A DNA stretch of 63,859 nt from Callorhinchus milii (GCF_018977255.1 NW_024704805.1:124142-188000), one strand, 5' to 3'; numbered from the stretch's first letter, positions 40,510 to 53,704 are shown. The notes: generated by a model not told the origin, from the sequence alone. A program made the numbers and translations.

Positions 40510-42134
40510 CACAGAGTTACAGATCAGCGATTCCGCCCTTCAAGAACTGCCTGTAGCTAAATGTTTATAGCACTCGCCTCGGAAGCAACCAAGCAAGCAA
40601 GATACGTGGGTTCAATTCACGGCAAAGTGTTTTGTGGCGTTTCGAAGATCTGATTTTGCACTGTATTAAATGCAACGATACTTATTATTAAGTCCGATCA
40701 TGTAATTTTCACATAAATAACTTCATATATTTTGCATTCTGCGGAGAACTGCACATGGAAGTGTCTTCCTTTCCTATTTGAAAAAGTAATAAAAAATAAG
40801 AAACTGTAACTTGAATTTACGTCGTGAAATTCATAACGGGAAAGTTATGACGGGCCGAAAACTTTTTGCTATCAACTGTCTCCAAATGCACACATGCTGT
40901 AGCTCCAATCCACCAGCAGATGTCGCACTAAAAAATATTATAACATGAGCTGCGACTGACATAACATGTCACGTTCCTTTCTGTAACTAACTTCCTTGGC
41001 AGCAATAACAGGTGTTTCCTGTTACAAATGACATACTTTCCTGACATACACCGTTGCTGCTTCAGTTGACGTGTAAAAACCGTGTCTGAAAGATGATTGG
41101 CACAAAATTTAGATGTCTCAAGAAACATTATTTGTGTCAGTTTTTACATGTGTTGACATTCTCCAAAATAAGTAGCCGCCTTTATGTGGATCTCACTGAG
41201 GTAATAAATGTGATAAATTTTGTTAAGTGAAATATGGTCATTTATTTCGGTTTAATTTGCAAGCGAGAATACAACTGACATAGTTTCAGTTAATGTAACA
41301 ATTGAAGCGTTATCTCCGATATAATGTGAGCTCAAACTGCCTATCTGGGTCCAGAACCAACAACATTCGGACTTATAAAAGAAAGTACCATTAACAAAGG
41401 CAGATTTTCAGCTCAGCCTTGATGATGGAAAGTAAACCTTTTTTTATAGCTGGGCTGCATGGTGCAAAATCCTTTAAATGAATGCATTCAGAACAGTAAC
41501 GAAAATAATAATGAGTCTTACGGTTGATATAGCGCAATATCGCGTGAAGGAGGCGTCTGGAAGCGCTTCACAAATGTACAGTAAAACAAATTGTTAGTGG
41601 TTGAAACGCACAACTCGTATCCTATCCCAGACCCATTGGCTTCCAATCCTCGACAGATCAAGTTCAAGATCCTCATAGGATAAAGTAGCATCAAAAGAGG
41701 AAGGTTGTCAACTCACCGATGATGACAGTCACTATTGCTATATTCCTTCAGGCTCTGCTGCATGGCTCAACGGTCCAAATGAATGAATTCAGTATAAAAA
41801 TAACATTTAAAATTAAATGAATATTTTCATTTGACATAGTGCCTGATCGCGTCTTGACGACATTTCAAAGCGCTTCACACAACACACTGTAAAGAAAATT
41901 GTTAGTGGGTGAAACGTGCGTCAATATTCCCATCCTAGACCAGACCCATTGGCTCCCTATCCCCGACAGATCAAGTTCAAGAACCTCTGTTTAGTGGGAA
42001 ACGCCTACAATCGGAGACAGTAAACCACTGAACCCGTCAGATCAGCGGCTTCCTCACAACTCGTCACTGAAGCAGCGACACAGCGATATAGAAAGGAAGA
42101 GATCCCATTATCTGTCCACACCTCAGCAGCCAAC

Positions 42135-43017
42135 ATGACAGCTCTCTGCCAGTTACTGATAGCAATCCTCACCATAGCCAGTAAGTGTGCGTGGACATGC
42201 CCAGCGCATGATTTGTACACTATATAATATCAGATGCTTAATGTTTAGAGCAATCGCCTCGGAAACGACAGGACCTGTGTTCGATTCTCGGGCAGTCGAC
42301 ACTTTCAGCAAGTTTCACGCTTCGGTTTTAAATGGGAACCGAGGTTAATAACCCATTAAAAAAACAGTTAACAATAATCTGATCATTCAATCTATGGTTG
42401 TTGTTGATGTTGTTGGACAATGCTGTGCTGACTTAGCTGTTCAGTTTCATCTAAAAAATATAGTCAATTCGGTTTACAATAGTAATAATAATCACTGCAT
42501 TTGATATAGCGCTTTTCACGTTGGGAGGACGTCGCAAAGCGCTTCACAGAACACACTGTAAAGTGAACTGACTGTATATGTGTTTTCTCTTGGCTCTTTG
42601 AGCCTCTAAACTTTGTGAAAAGGCGCTATATAAAAAGGAATAATTACTATACTTATGATGAATTGAAATTACCACTGAGCGTTGCTCAGCCTAATGTGTT
42701 AGTTTTGCTGTTCTTGCAGAAGTCCGTGGACAAGATGTTGTATCCCAATTTCCTCCCGAGATAACAGATATTGAAGGAAAAGACGTGACACTAAAATGTA
42801 ATATTTCAACATTGAACACTGCCTTCTGGTACAAGCAATATCCCGATGAAAACCTTCATTACTTGTTCAGGATATATACCTCTGGAAAAGTAGACAAATC
42901 TCCTGATCTACCGGAACGTTTCACAGGCGAGCTGATCAAGGAGAATAAAGTAATTAAGATGCAGATATTCGGTGCTGTTATTGGTGACAGCGCTGTGTAT
43001 CACTGTGCCCTAAACCC
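42135..43017 (+). CDS. V segment X5 (leader 42135-42180, V exon 42720-43017), apparently functional
   Basis: MTALCQLLIAILTIA; GQDVVSQFPP...LKCNISTLNTAFWYKQ...DSAVYHCALNP; RSS cacactg 43018-43024, 23 bp, acaaaaact 43048-43056. Confidence 0.9.
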
Positions 43018-46016
43018 CACACTGCTACAGGAAGGCAGATTCCCCGTACAAAAACTCAGAAGGCAATATTATCATGCTCTCACACATTTAACATGTGCTT
43101 TAAACAGACTGAAGTACATATGAAATTAAAGCAGGCAGATTTGTGTAGCTCTGTGTTTATAGCACTTCCCTCACAATCGACGGGCGTGGGTTCAATTGCC
43201 AAGAGAGCGGATCATGGTGCAACGTTCCTTATTCCACCTTCCCGTCTCTGTTTACCATCAGAACGTAGGAAGCAGGTTGTCAATCGATTGGCGGATCGAT
43301 TTTCCAGAGTTAGCAATTCCTTCAGAATTATCGTGTTGATAGTAAATTGTTCACTTCATCCAATGGGACACCGATATTTACAATTTGCTGCCATGCTTGG
43401 CCCTCACAATACGCAGTCAATTCGTTTACTGTATATTGAATGAAGCACTGAGTGGCGTCTCGAAGATGTGATATGGCGCTGTATCAAATGCGACTATTAT
43501 TATTATTGTTATTAACTGTAGTCATGTTATCATCAAAGTGGTAATTAAAAATGTCTTGCTTTCTGGGGAGCGCTGCCACATGTATGCTTCTTTCTATGCT
43601 GCATTAGTAAGTAAGTAAACATCAAAGCAAACAATTTCCGTTTAAATTGCTTAAACAAAAATTATCTGAAGAGAAACTGTTTCTTCTGGTGGTTGGGGGA
43701 ATGCAGAATAAGGGTGCATTAGAGCCAGTCCAGTTAGCAAAGAAATTGGCAGGAAAAAATTACGAAAAATTTAAGGAAATCTGGAAAACTTCTACAAAGA
43801 TTCTGGAAATGTTGGTTCTATTCACATTTTCCAGACTGAGTTGGATACATTTATTTTAGCTCAGAATATCAAGGGTTACGAAGAAAAGGTTAGAATATGT
43901 GTTGAGAGATAAATCAGCCATGATGTGATATAACGTTGGAACAAACTCAAGGACCTGATGGTCTGCTCCTATTCCTAGTTAGCGCTTTCCACGTATGGGA
44001 GCGTTCTTGGCGAGTCACTAAAGAAACGAAACATTTTAGTGTATTGAAGTTAAAGAACAATGAACATTAAATTTCATTTAAAATCTAGTGAGCACATTTG
44101 CATTGCGAAGTCCTCCTGACGTGAACCGACTTGAATAAATATCAATATGTTGTCACTCTGGTGCAAAATACTCCAAGTCAGCTAACTGTGCAGTCAAATG
44201 ATATAATCGATGAAATAATAAGACAAGGAATTCAATAGAAATGGAGGAGCAAGTGGCGCAGCACGTGTTAGCACAGAGACACGTCAATGTAAAAGAATGT
44301 GAATGACACCGAATATCCGAAGGTTCCAGAGAGGAAGATAAAATATGGGGAACGAGCAGGGAATCTAGACTAATGCATAAACTTCCTATGGAGAAGATAG
44401 CACCAAGGAAAGGTAAGACGGGCCCAAAATAATTATGCTATGAAACCTCTCCAATTATGTACGTATTGTAGCTGCAATCCACCAGCAGATGGCGCACTAA
44501 ACAAACACATATAACATGAGCTGCAACTTACATAACACGCCACGCTCCTTTCTGTAACTACCTTTCCTTTGTAGCAGTAACAGGTGCTTCCTGTTGCAGT
44601 TGACATATCTCACTCATACACACTATTGCTGCTTCAACAGGAATTTACAAATATTTGCCTGAAGTATTAACATACCTCGGTTGCTCATGAAACAATTTCT
44701 ATCTCACCTATTTTATATTATTGCCTTTATTCTCGATTAGCAGCCGCTCTTAAATTGTTTTCTCCGCGGTATAGCAATTCTCTGTTGACATTTGTTACAG
44801 TATCGGCTTCTGCCACCCTTTCCGGCAATGCACTTAAGATCAGAACAACTGGCAGTGTGAAAAAAAAATCTGCTCCTCACAGTTTGTTCAGGCAACTACA
44901 TTAAACGTGAACATTAAGCTATTCAATACGTTTATTACAACATAATTTAAAAAGATCATTGATATGTCATCCCGCAACTGAAACATTCAAAAGCGACCAA
45001 ACTGCTCACTGTGAAATACAGATTGGATTATGTTCTGCTGTTCTGGTCTGACACTCTAGAGCAGGCCTGGCTGTCAGTATTGTTGGTGAAGCTTGTCCTA
45101 CCGAGGAGATATTAAACCCAGGTCCAGGCGGCTTGCATGAAGGGACTATAGTGATGCCATTGCAATGCCCGAGAAAGTTTTCAACGGTATCTGGACAGAC
45201 TTTCCATAGGTTAAATTCATCCTTCATTCATAGCTGTTTGTAGGAAAGTGATGCATACAAATTGTTTGAGGAGATTTGAGGCGTATCGACTAAATGACAA
45301 GGCTGTATTTGATAAAAGCATTTCTGAAACCCGAATACTAAAAACATTAGTAAGGGCATATCTTATTCAACATTGTAATCATAACGATAATAAAAGCAAA
45401 AGTTGCATTTGATATACTGCAATATTACGTCATTGAGACGTCTCAGATCTCTTCACAGAATGCGCTGAAAAGTGTAGTGACTATATTTTTTGCTGCCAAT
45501 TGTGTACAGCAGTGTCCCACAAAAAGCTGTGGTTTGAGTAGCCAGATTTTTCGGCGCTGTGCGATTGGGAGAGTATGGAAGGTGGGGTGGCGTGGGTGGT
45601 TTAGGGTTAGGTTAGGTGTGGCGTTAGAATGTCTTGTGTGGGCCAAACATTGTAGCCAACTGTGTAAAACAGCAGCCCACAAATTTCATGGATTGAGTGA
45701 CCTGATTGTGTGGCACTGTGTGTTTCTGTGGGGGGAGTGGATGGGGCGTGGAGCTCAAATGCAACGGAAGTGATTGGGCGATGCGGCTCAGTGCGGGCGG
45801 GGCAGTGACTGAGTGACGCAGCTCTGTGGGCGTGGCAGCGTCTGTGTGGGCGGGGCTCTCTGTGGGCGGGGCAGTGGCTGAGTGACGTAGCTCTGTGGGC
45901 GTGGTAGTGGTTTTGTGGGCGGGGCTCTGTGTGGGCGGGGCTGTAACAGTGTGACTACTGAGCCAAAAAGCCCCATCAATCCACATTGGGGAGTTAATGT
46001 CAGACACGGGATCAGT

Positions 46017-46803
46017 ATGCTCATGTGGGAGACATGTGCTGTGCTCTCAATCACTCTCAGATTACGTTGCCGTTAGTATCTTTTGTATATCTTCTTTTCT
46101 TAATGTCGTGTTATACCATTTACAACATTATAATATTAATAATCTTTGCATTTGATAAAGTGCCTTATCGTATATTCGAGCCGATTGCGCACAGCAGTTT
46201 TTATCAAATAGTCATGGATTGAGTGATCACATTACTATCTATTTTATTATTGATTTATTATTGAAGGGCGAGTTACCAACTGGAAAAGAGCGGCGCCAAT
46301 CGGCTGACAAATTTGTTCCTATTTATTGCTTGGTAAACAGAGGCGTATGGAGCAAGGAAAATTGCCTAAGCTTTCGCCCTGCCCTGGTATAAAAGCCGGA
46401 TCCTCTTGCTTGTGAGGCGAATGCTCTCACCAATACACTACAGGACTCCACTTAAGTCAAATTTTCTGCTCAACAATATGTTCTTTTAAATCACAGCAAA
46501 CAGCTTGCGAGACACGGGAAGACCACCGATTGCTGAAAAATCAGTTGAAGAGGGAAAAGATGTGAAATTATCCTGCACCTTAAAGAAAATCATTGATGCC
46601 ACCTACCTTTACTGGTACAGTCAAGCTTCCAGGCACGCTCCAGTCTACATACTTATTTCTGTCTGCTGCAGGGAAGGATTATATGAGCTTTTATTTCCCA
46701 AATCGATTTTCCTTTAAAGTCAATAAAACTAATGAAGATTTCGAACTGAGTTTTGTCAACGACCTGATCAGGGAAAGTGCATATATCACTGCGCCAAGCG
46801 GCC
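46017..46803 (+). pseudogene. V pseudogene Z2 (putative leader 46017-46071, V exon 46497-46803), copy of Z1
   Basis: Same frameshifts as Z1 but TAC instead of the Z1 TAA; RSS cactctg 46804-46810, 23 bp, acaaaaact. Confidence 0.8.
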
Positions 46804-48335
46804 CACTCTGCTGCCAAGCTATGGCGGCTGCGTACAAAAACTCCAACTGGTTGCTTTGCTGCTAATCCGCGAGGGGGCGTCGTTGCATCGAAGAAAAATA
46901 AAATAGCATTAGTACCTGTTTATTTGTGGAGAAATACTCTCAAGCAGTTAGGAGACACGTGGGGAAATATTGGTTGATTGTCTACGATGCAAATAACGCT
47001 TAAAACATGATCAATGAAATAGCTTAAGGTGAAACATATCGAGAGTCATTTAGTGTATAGTTTTTGTGCATTGGCTTCAAAAGCGAGAAGAACTGGTGTC
47101 GATTCCCGGGCGGGTCGAAACTTTGGGCAATTTTTTTNGATCCCCACACGTGGCTCTCTATACGGAGCAGAAGTAGGAATATGGTTGTTAGTCGATTGAG
47201 TTATGGCTTTTCCTGGAGAAATAACCCCTTAAAACATAATAATGGCAACAATTTTGTCACTCAAACCATAAATGTTTCTATGCAGCAGACGACCACATTA
47301 TGCCCCCCAAAGCACAGTCATTACACTGTACAATATATACTACAAAGCGCTTGGAGACGTCTCAATAGCATGATAACGCGCTGTATCAAATGTAATCGTT
47401 AATTTGGGCCCAGTTTAAATAATGTATTGCGGTATATGACAACTGGGGGTCGCTCGTGCGCCGATATTTTGACAAGATATCTGTGGCTGAAAAGCATGAA
47501 AAATGCTTCAAAAAAGCATATCCTGGAATCACTTCCAATCGTTCTCAGAAGCTTGACAACCTCGTCCCGTTCCTTGGTTTACACTTCCCATTTTGAATAA
47601 CAGATATACTCGAAACGTGTGTTTGCTACACAATCTTGGGAACATATTGATCTCATTCCCTTCGTCACCAGTTTTCCGATTCACCATTCCTTCAAGTCGC
47701 CGACATATTAGCCTTTGCCAAGGACATCTGGGTCCAATATCTCAGTGTTCAGAGCACTCGCCTCGCAAGCAGGAGATATGATTTCGATTTTCGCTTCTCG
47801 ACTGTGCGAAATGTTCGGTAGGTTTCCTTACTCCACTCCTCTACTTACCTCTTAGATTAGTAGGAAAACGTCCAGTAGTCGATTTGCGGATCGCTTCCAT
47901 ATTTCTTTAAAAAANTTCCTAGTAAATTGGTTATTCAATCCACGACTCTTTGTGCGATACTGTTGTTCCCAATGGGCTGCCGCACTTCTCTCTAATATAC
48001 ACAGGCAATTCTTTTTACAGTATATTTTGTGAAACATTGAGACGTATCCGTGATGCGCTATATCAAATGCAAGGATTATTATTATTTCATTCGGCTGAAC
48101 AAAAATATATCAGTGATGGAAGAAAACCAATGGAGATAGCAGAGCAGATGAGATGACGCACAATGAAAGGACACAAAGTTTTGGACATAACCCTTAGGCC
48201 TTCTCCATCACCGTTTTTGGCAATTTCTGTATGTCAGTTCCTGTGCAGCTCTCCTCACGGTAACTTACTGACTCCCAGCCAGCATTCTCAAGCGACAGCA
48301 TCAACTCTCTGAACACCCCGTGTCATTAAATACAT

Positions 48336-49078
48336 ATGACAATGTACATCTATGTGGCAGTCGCCATTATTACTTGTCAGGTAAGCGATAAAGTCATTCT
48401 GTATGTCTGCTTCCTGCAGATATTTTCCAACGCGATTGTTTTATTGTCTTTAATAATCAAAATGCTAAAGGAATCGTGGTGCCGTGGAGTCCTGTAGCTC
48501 AGTTGTTATGGCACTACGGTTGTATTTAAATTTGCGAAAGAATTCTCCAGGTATAATAATTTATTTATAATTGAATCACTCAAGCCACGACTGTTTGTGA
48601 ATTACTCCATGAATGCCTGTGGCATTTCGCCCAGAAAATACACTTAAATTGTGTTCTGTGACGACATTTGAGATATTTCAAAGGCATTATAAGTCGCTGT
48701 ATCAAATTCAACCATTATTAATATTATCATAATTATTGCATTGAACTCTGCTGTTTGTATGGTTTCTAGGACATTGTGGAGGAGACGCTGTGACACAGCT
48801 TCAATCTACTGTGAAAGTGAATGAAGGGGAGGATGTTTATCTGTAGTGCAATTATACAGCTACAACAACCAGCGACCCCGACCTGTACTGGTACCGTCAC
48901 TATCCGAACAAAGCTCTAGAATATATCCTTTGGACAGACAAAGGGAACAATCCGCAAAATGCAGACTTTGCAAAAGATCGTTTTATAACGCATGTGGATG
49001 AAGCGGAGAGAACCGTCCCATTAAATATATCCCAAGTGAGAGTTGCAGACTCCGCGGTGTGTTACTGTGCACTGAGCC
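48336..49078 (+). pseudogene. V pseudogene Y6 (leader 48336-48380, V exon 48770-49078), copy of Y4
   Basis: Same 45-nt leader and TAG (48844-48846) as Y4; RSS cacagag 49079-49085, 23 bp, acaaagact. Confidence 0.88.
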
Positions 49079-52050
49079 CACAGAGGCACAGATCAGCGAT
49101 TCCGCCCTACAAAGACTGCTTAACGGATTCCTGTGACTGAGTGGTTAGAGAACTCGCCTCGCAAATGAAAGCATCTGGGTTCGATTTCCGGCAGAGAGAA
49201 ACGTTGGGCCGGTTTCCTTATTCCAGGAACTCCTATTATTTTCATCGAAACCACTTGAAAGATCTTGCTTTCTCGGTAGAGGGGCCCCATGCACGTGAAC
49301 TTTTCTTGTGTTTCTTAAATACGTAGAAAAACATCCAAAATAACAGGTTGCAATTATATTGTTTTCAGAGAAACTGTTTCCTCCATTTACAGAAAAACAG
49401 TTTCTTCTGGTGGGTGGGGAATCCAGAAAAACTGGGTATCACTTTAAAATTAGAGTCAGTCAAGTAAGGAGAGCAATTGTGGAGCATTTGCACTAACCCA
49501 AACGGTAATGGAAATCCAGAACATTTTCACCAAAAAATATGTGGATGCTGGATCCATTCTTATTTTCTATGCTTAAGTGGATGGAGATCTGTTAGCTCAG
49601 GGATGCGGGCGAGGGCTGGAAATTGCAGTTGAGGTATAGATTAGCAATGATGGAATATAATTTGGGAAAAGGCTCACGTGTCTGAATGGCTTCCTCCTTC
49701 TCCTCTAAAGTGCCTTTGAAGGGGTGTGTCTTTCACTGAGTTTAACAATGTTGGGGCTTGGCCAAGAAACAGGGACAACGGCTGTTGACAGGAGGCACAA
49801 TAATAAAGAAACTTATTTAGGTTAGTGTGGCCAAGCTGGAGGGATTCAGACATAGACTGGCACAGCTTCAGGGCCCAGTGCTTTTGACAGTGGAAAACAA
49901 CATGAATCATTCCCAGACTGCGCGTAATAAATGCTGTCATATTTCTGTGGTATAGAAACACACAGAGATTCAATGCACTGTATTCTCTGTCCAAAACATG
50001 AAACTGAGAATGTTCCCCTTGCGCTGTTTGGATTACAGATCAATTCAGTTCAGGTTTTGCTGTCATATCAGGTTCAAGGAATGCCTAGAAGCAAAGCACA
50101 CACTAACAAGTATGTGTACTGTTCGGTGAGTCACTAACGATATAACACAAATTGTACTATTTACGTTAACGAATAGTAGTCAAGATGAAATGATATTTTA
50201 TATCTAGTGAACAGAGCGCAATGGCATAATCTCCTGAAGTGAACGGAGGAACATAAGAGTAAAGATATAGTGGCTATTTTGTAAAATGCTCCATCACAGC
50301 TCAATGCTCAGTCAAATAATATTTACGACAATATGAGGAACGAGCTGGCAAATGAGAATACGTTATAAACTTGTAATGGAGGAGATAGCTCCAGGAAAGT
50401 TAAGACAAGCCCAAAATAATTTACTATCAAAAGTCTCCAATTTTACCAGTGCTGTAGGTGCAATACACCAGCAGAAGGCGCACAATACACACTTATATCA
50501 TGAGCTGAAACTGATAAACTTGACACATAACTTTCTGTAACTAACTTCCTTCGTAGCAATAACAGATGTTTCCTGTTACAGTTGACATTCTTCACTCATA
50601 TACACTTTTGCTGCTTCAAGTGAAATTGACAAAGATTTTTTCTGAAGCACAGCATTAGTTTGCTCAAGAAGCAACTTAAATTTTATGTTTTGTACATTAA
50701 TGTCTTTCTCCCAGGAAAGCAGCCGCCCTGAATAAGATCTCACTTCTGTAATACATGGGTTAGATTTTGTTAACGGCAATATGGTCATTTGTTTTGGTTT
50801 AAGTAGGGTAGGAAATTAAAGCTGACCTTGCTTAGAAGTGCACAACGATGATAATATTAATAAAAATCATGATAATAATAATAATAGTAATGATAAAATT
50901 ATAATAATAATAATGCTGGCCTTTGGTACAGCGCCTTTCAATTTTCAGTCGTCAGCAAAGCTTAGTATCCGTTTTCTAATGAGAAGTGACGTTAGATTGT
51001 AGGCCAACACCAGAAGCAATTATCATGCAGTAGTTTCCCCACAAACGTTAATAAAGTGATTGATGGCTTCTATCTGGGGTTGTTGACAACAAAACCGTCA
51101 CAAAGGTTTGAGTTGAAATTCAGTCTAGTCTGTGAGCTCAAATTGTCGACATGGGGCCTGAAGCAACAACATTGTGACTCATATATGAAAGTATAACCAA
51201 CAGAAGCAGGTTTTAAGCTCAGCCTTGATAATAGAAAGGAAATTTTATTCCTTCAGACGATGCTGCATCGGTCCATGATTCTGCATATAAATCCTTGTGT
51301 TCACCGCGTCCAGGCTAGATTATGTCAACTGTCTGCTCACAGTATAACATGCCTCTTCCCTTCACACATTGCTAGATATCCAGCAATCTGTATGCTGTGC
51401 TTTTCACACACACGATTCCACAGTCTACACTACCAGCCAATAACAACTGGCTCCCAATCTCGGGAATGTGAAGCTCAATAACAACCGTAATATTCCATTT
51501 GAGTAGTCTTTCACGTCGGAAGGAAGACCTAGGCCGCTGAACATTCAAAGATTTTGACCTGAGGTTCGGTGGGGATCGTGGAGTTTTGAGTGCAGGTGGT
51601 GTAGCGGGTGATCCAAAGCATGGTCAACGAGTAGGGTCTTGAAGTGGGCTTTTAAGGCGGCAAGGAAGGGGGCGAGGCGGTGGGACAGCGGAATGGATTT
51701 GCAGATTTCGTGGTTAGAGTTGCAGTTCAAGATATTTACCCTAACCATTAAATATCTCAATGGTATTGTCCCATCACACTTTTTGATATCCTGGAAACTT
51801 GCAAATCTGCTCCACATTTTGCTGACAAGACTGTCACCAAATTGAATTGCCTCGAAGGAGACTGACTCTCCCCCTAGCCCCAGAGACAAACTGTGAACAT
51901 TACCTGCCGTCCCACATTGACCAGATGATGTCCACGTCATTTGATTAGGAAGTGAGTTCACAGCGATCAGTTGTCATCTGAAACAGAGTTGTGCATCGCA
52001 GATCAACAACAATATCTTACCAACAAAAGAGCGCAGCTGTGGAGTGAGTG

Positions 52051-52900
52051 ATGTGGACGGAAAAATCCTGTGTGTGTCTGGCTCTGGTTGCGATTTTATT
52101 AGGTAATCCCGGTTAACAATAGTAAAGTTTGAATCAATTATCAAACTCATTTCTTTGTGTCGGATTCTCTGTTCTACCTCGTTTTATTAATCATAATAAT
52201 AATAGTTTTCACATCTGCTATAGGGCTTCAACACGACTTGAATATGACTCCAGTCGCTTCATAGACTATACTGTAAATAGTATTGACTTAACGTTTTCTT
52301 GGGAGAAACGCGGCAGCCAATTTGGAGTGTTCCCCAAATAATCATGGATTATATACCACATTTCAAAATGTTTCTTTATTTTTTTGACCTGATTATTATC
52401 CCCGGAAAGCCATCTGCTAATTGACTCACACACAGTTTTCTACTTACTATTGGGTAAACAGTGGAGTGTGCGCTAAGGAAACTTGCCTAAGATTGTGCCC
52501 TGTCCTGTCCGGTTATCGAACCCGGGTCCTCTCGTTTGCTAGGCGAGAACTCTAACCACTGAGTTAAAGGTCTCCACGCTCTTGTTTTTCAGGCCTGACC
52601 CAGGGAGATTCTGTTACACAGAAGGTGGCTTCAGTGACTGGGAATGACGGAGGAAGTGTGGCCATGGAATGTCATTATGATACGTCTCTGAGCGTCTACT
52701 ATTTACACTGGTATCGGGAACAACAAGAAACACAACCACAGTATGTGCTTCAAAAGTATTCCAGTGGTAGTACATATAAAGCAGACTTTGCTAGCAAGCG
52801 GTTCTCTATTGAGCTCCAAACCTCGACAAAATTCACCAGTTTAACCATCTCCCTGCTGGAGCTGTCTGACAGCGCTGTGTACTACTGTGCTCTCCAACCA
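52051..52900 (+). CDS. TCR alpha/delta V segment (leader 52051-52102, V exon 52593-52900), apparently functional
   Basis: MWTEKSCVCLALVAILL-G-LTQGDSVTQK...AMECHYDTSLSVYYLHWYRE...DSAVYYCALQP; consensus RSS cacagtg 52901-52907, 23 bp, acaaaaact 52931-52939. Confidence 0.9.
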
Positions 52901-53704
52901 CACAGTGATGGGAACCAGTCAGAGGCTCGTACAAAAACTAACACCGTTTAGTGGGTTTGTGCTTCTGTCTCTCAGGGCCGCAACAGCGATTTCCTGTGGG
53001 AAGGGAGACGAGTCAGAGACACAAAGAGAACATCACATTCACAGCTCATCTGACTGTCACACAAACAACTCAATGATCACATTATGTCAACTAATCATGC
53101 AGTAAACATGGATAGACAACATATGTCGCTAGAGAGTGACGCGTGCTCGACTCCCGGCAGGGCGAAATGTTGGGCCAGTTTCCTTACTGCACAAAGCGCC
53201 GTTTACTTACCATTAAATCGGCATATTATTGTCGGATTTCTTTTGCACCGGTAATATTTGCTTCAAAAGAATAATATGGATAAAAAATGTGGTCACTCCA
53301 TCCACGACTATTTATGGTGCACTGCTGTGCGGAATCGTCTGCCTCGATTCTCTCACACAATATAAACCTCTACACTATATAATAGTTTATCCGACGCGCT
53401 TTCCGTCTTCAGGAAAATGTGATAATGAGCTACATCAAATGGAAGGGATAATGTTATATTATTGTGATGATCACTCTGCCTGTTAGGGCTATGGCCTATA
53501 GGGTTAACAGCAGCTGAAGGGTGGATTCCCTGCCCCCAGTGACTGGTGAAAACCGCTGTATAAAAGCAATTGGATACTGTATTGAAACGCGGCTGAGATG
53601 TCAATGAGGTGACGTGAGACTGTGGCTCCGCCAATGCCGACCATCACTGCGGGTTATCAGCAAACTGATGGCACAGACACAGCCACACAGATCGAAGTGC
53701 AGCA

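Larger units (their letters stand above)
8827..52550. repeat. Tandem segmental duplication: copy 1 8827-34205, copy 2 34206-52550
   Basis: Paralogous ORFs are offset by about 25.4 kb (9751/35129, 16599/42005) and later about 18.4 kb (29214/47593, 31296/49674). Copy 1 carries about 7 kb extra. At the junction agaac|caatccgcgg, a reverse SINE head (cf. 52541-52550) joins sequence matching 8827. Confidence 0.9.

Noticed and set aside
9751-50788. Many 60-120 aa ORFs present in two or three near-identical copies
   Set aside because: They recur only because of the segmental duplication and overlap SINE or LINE debris; they show no coding signature.
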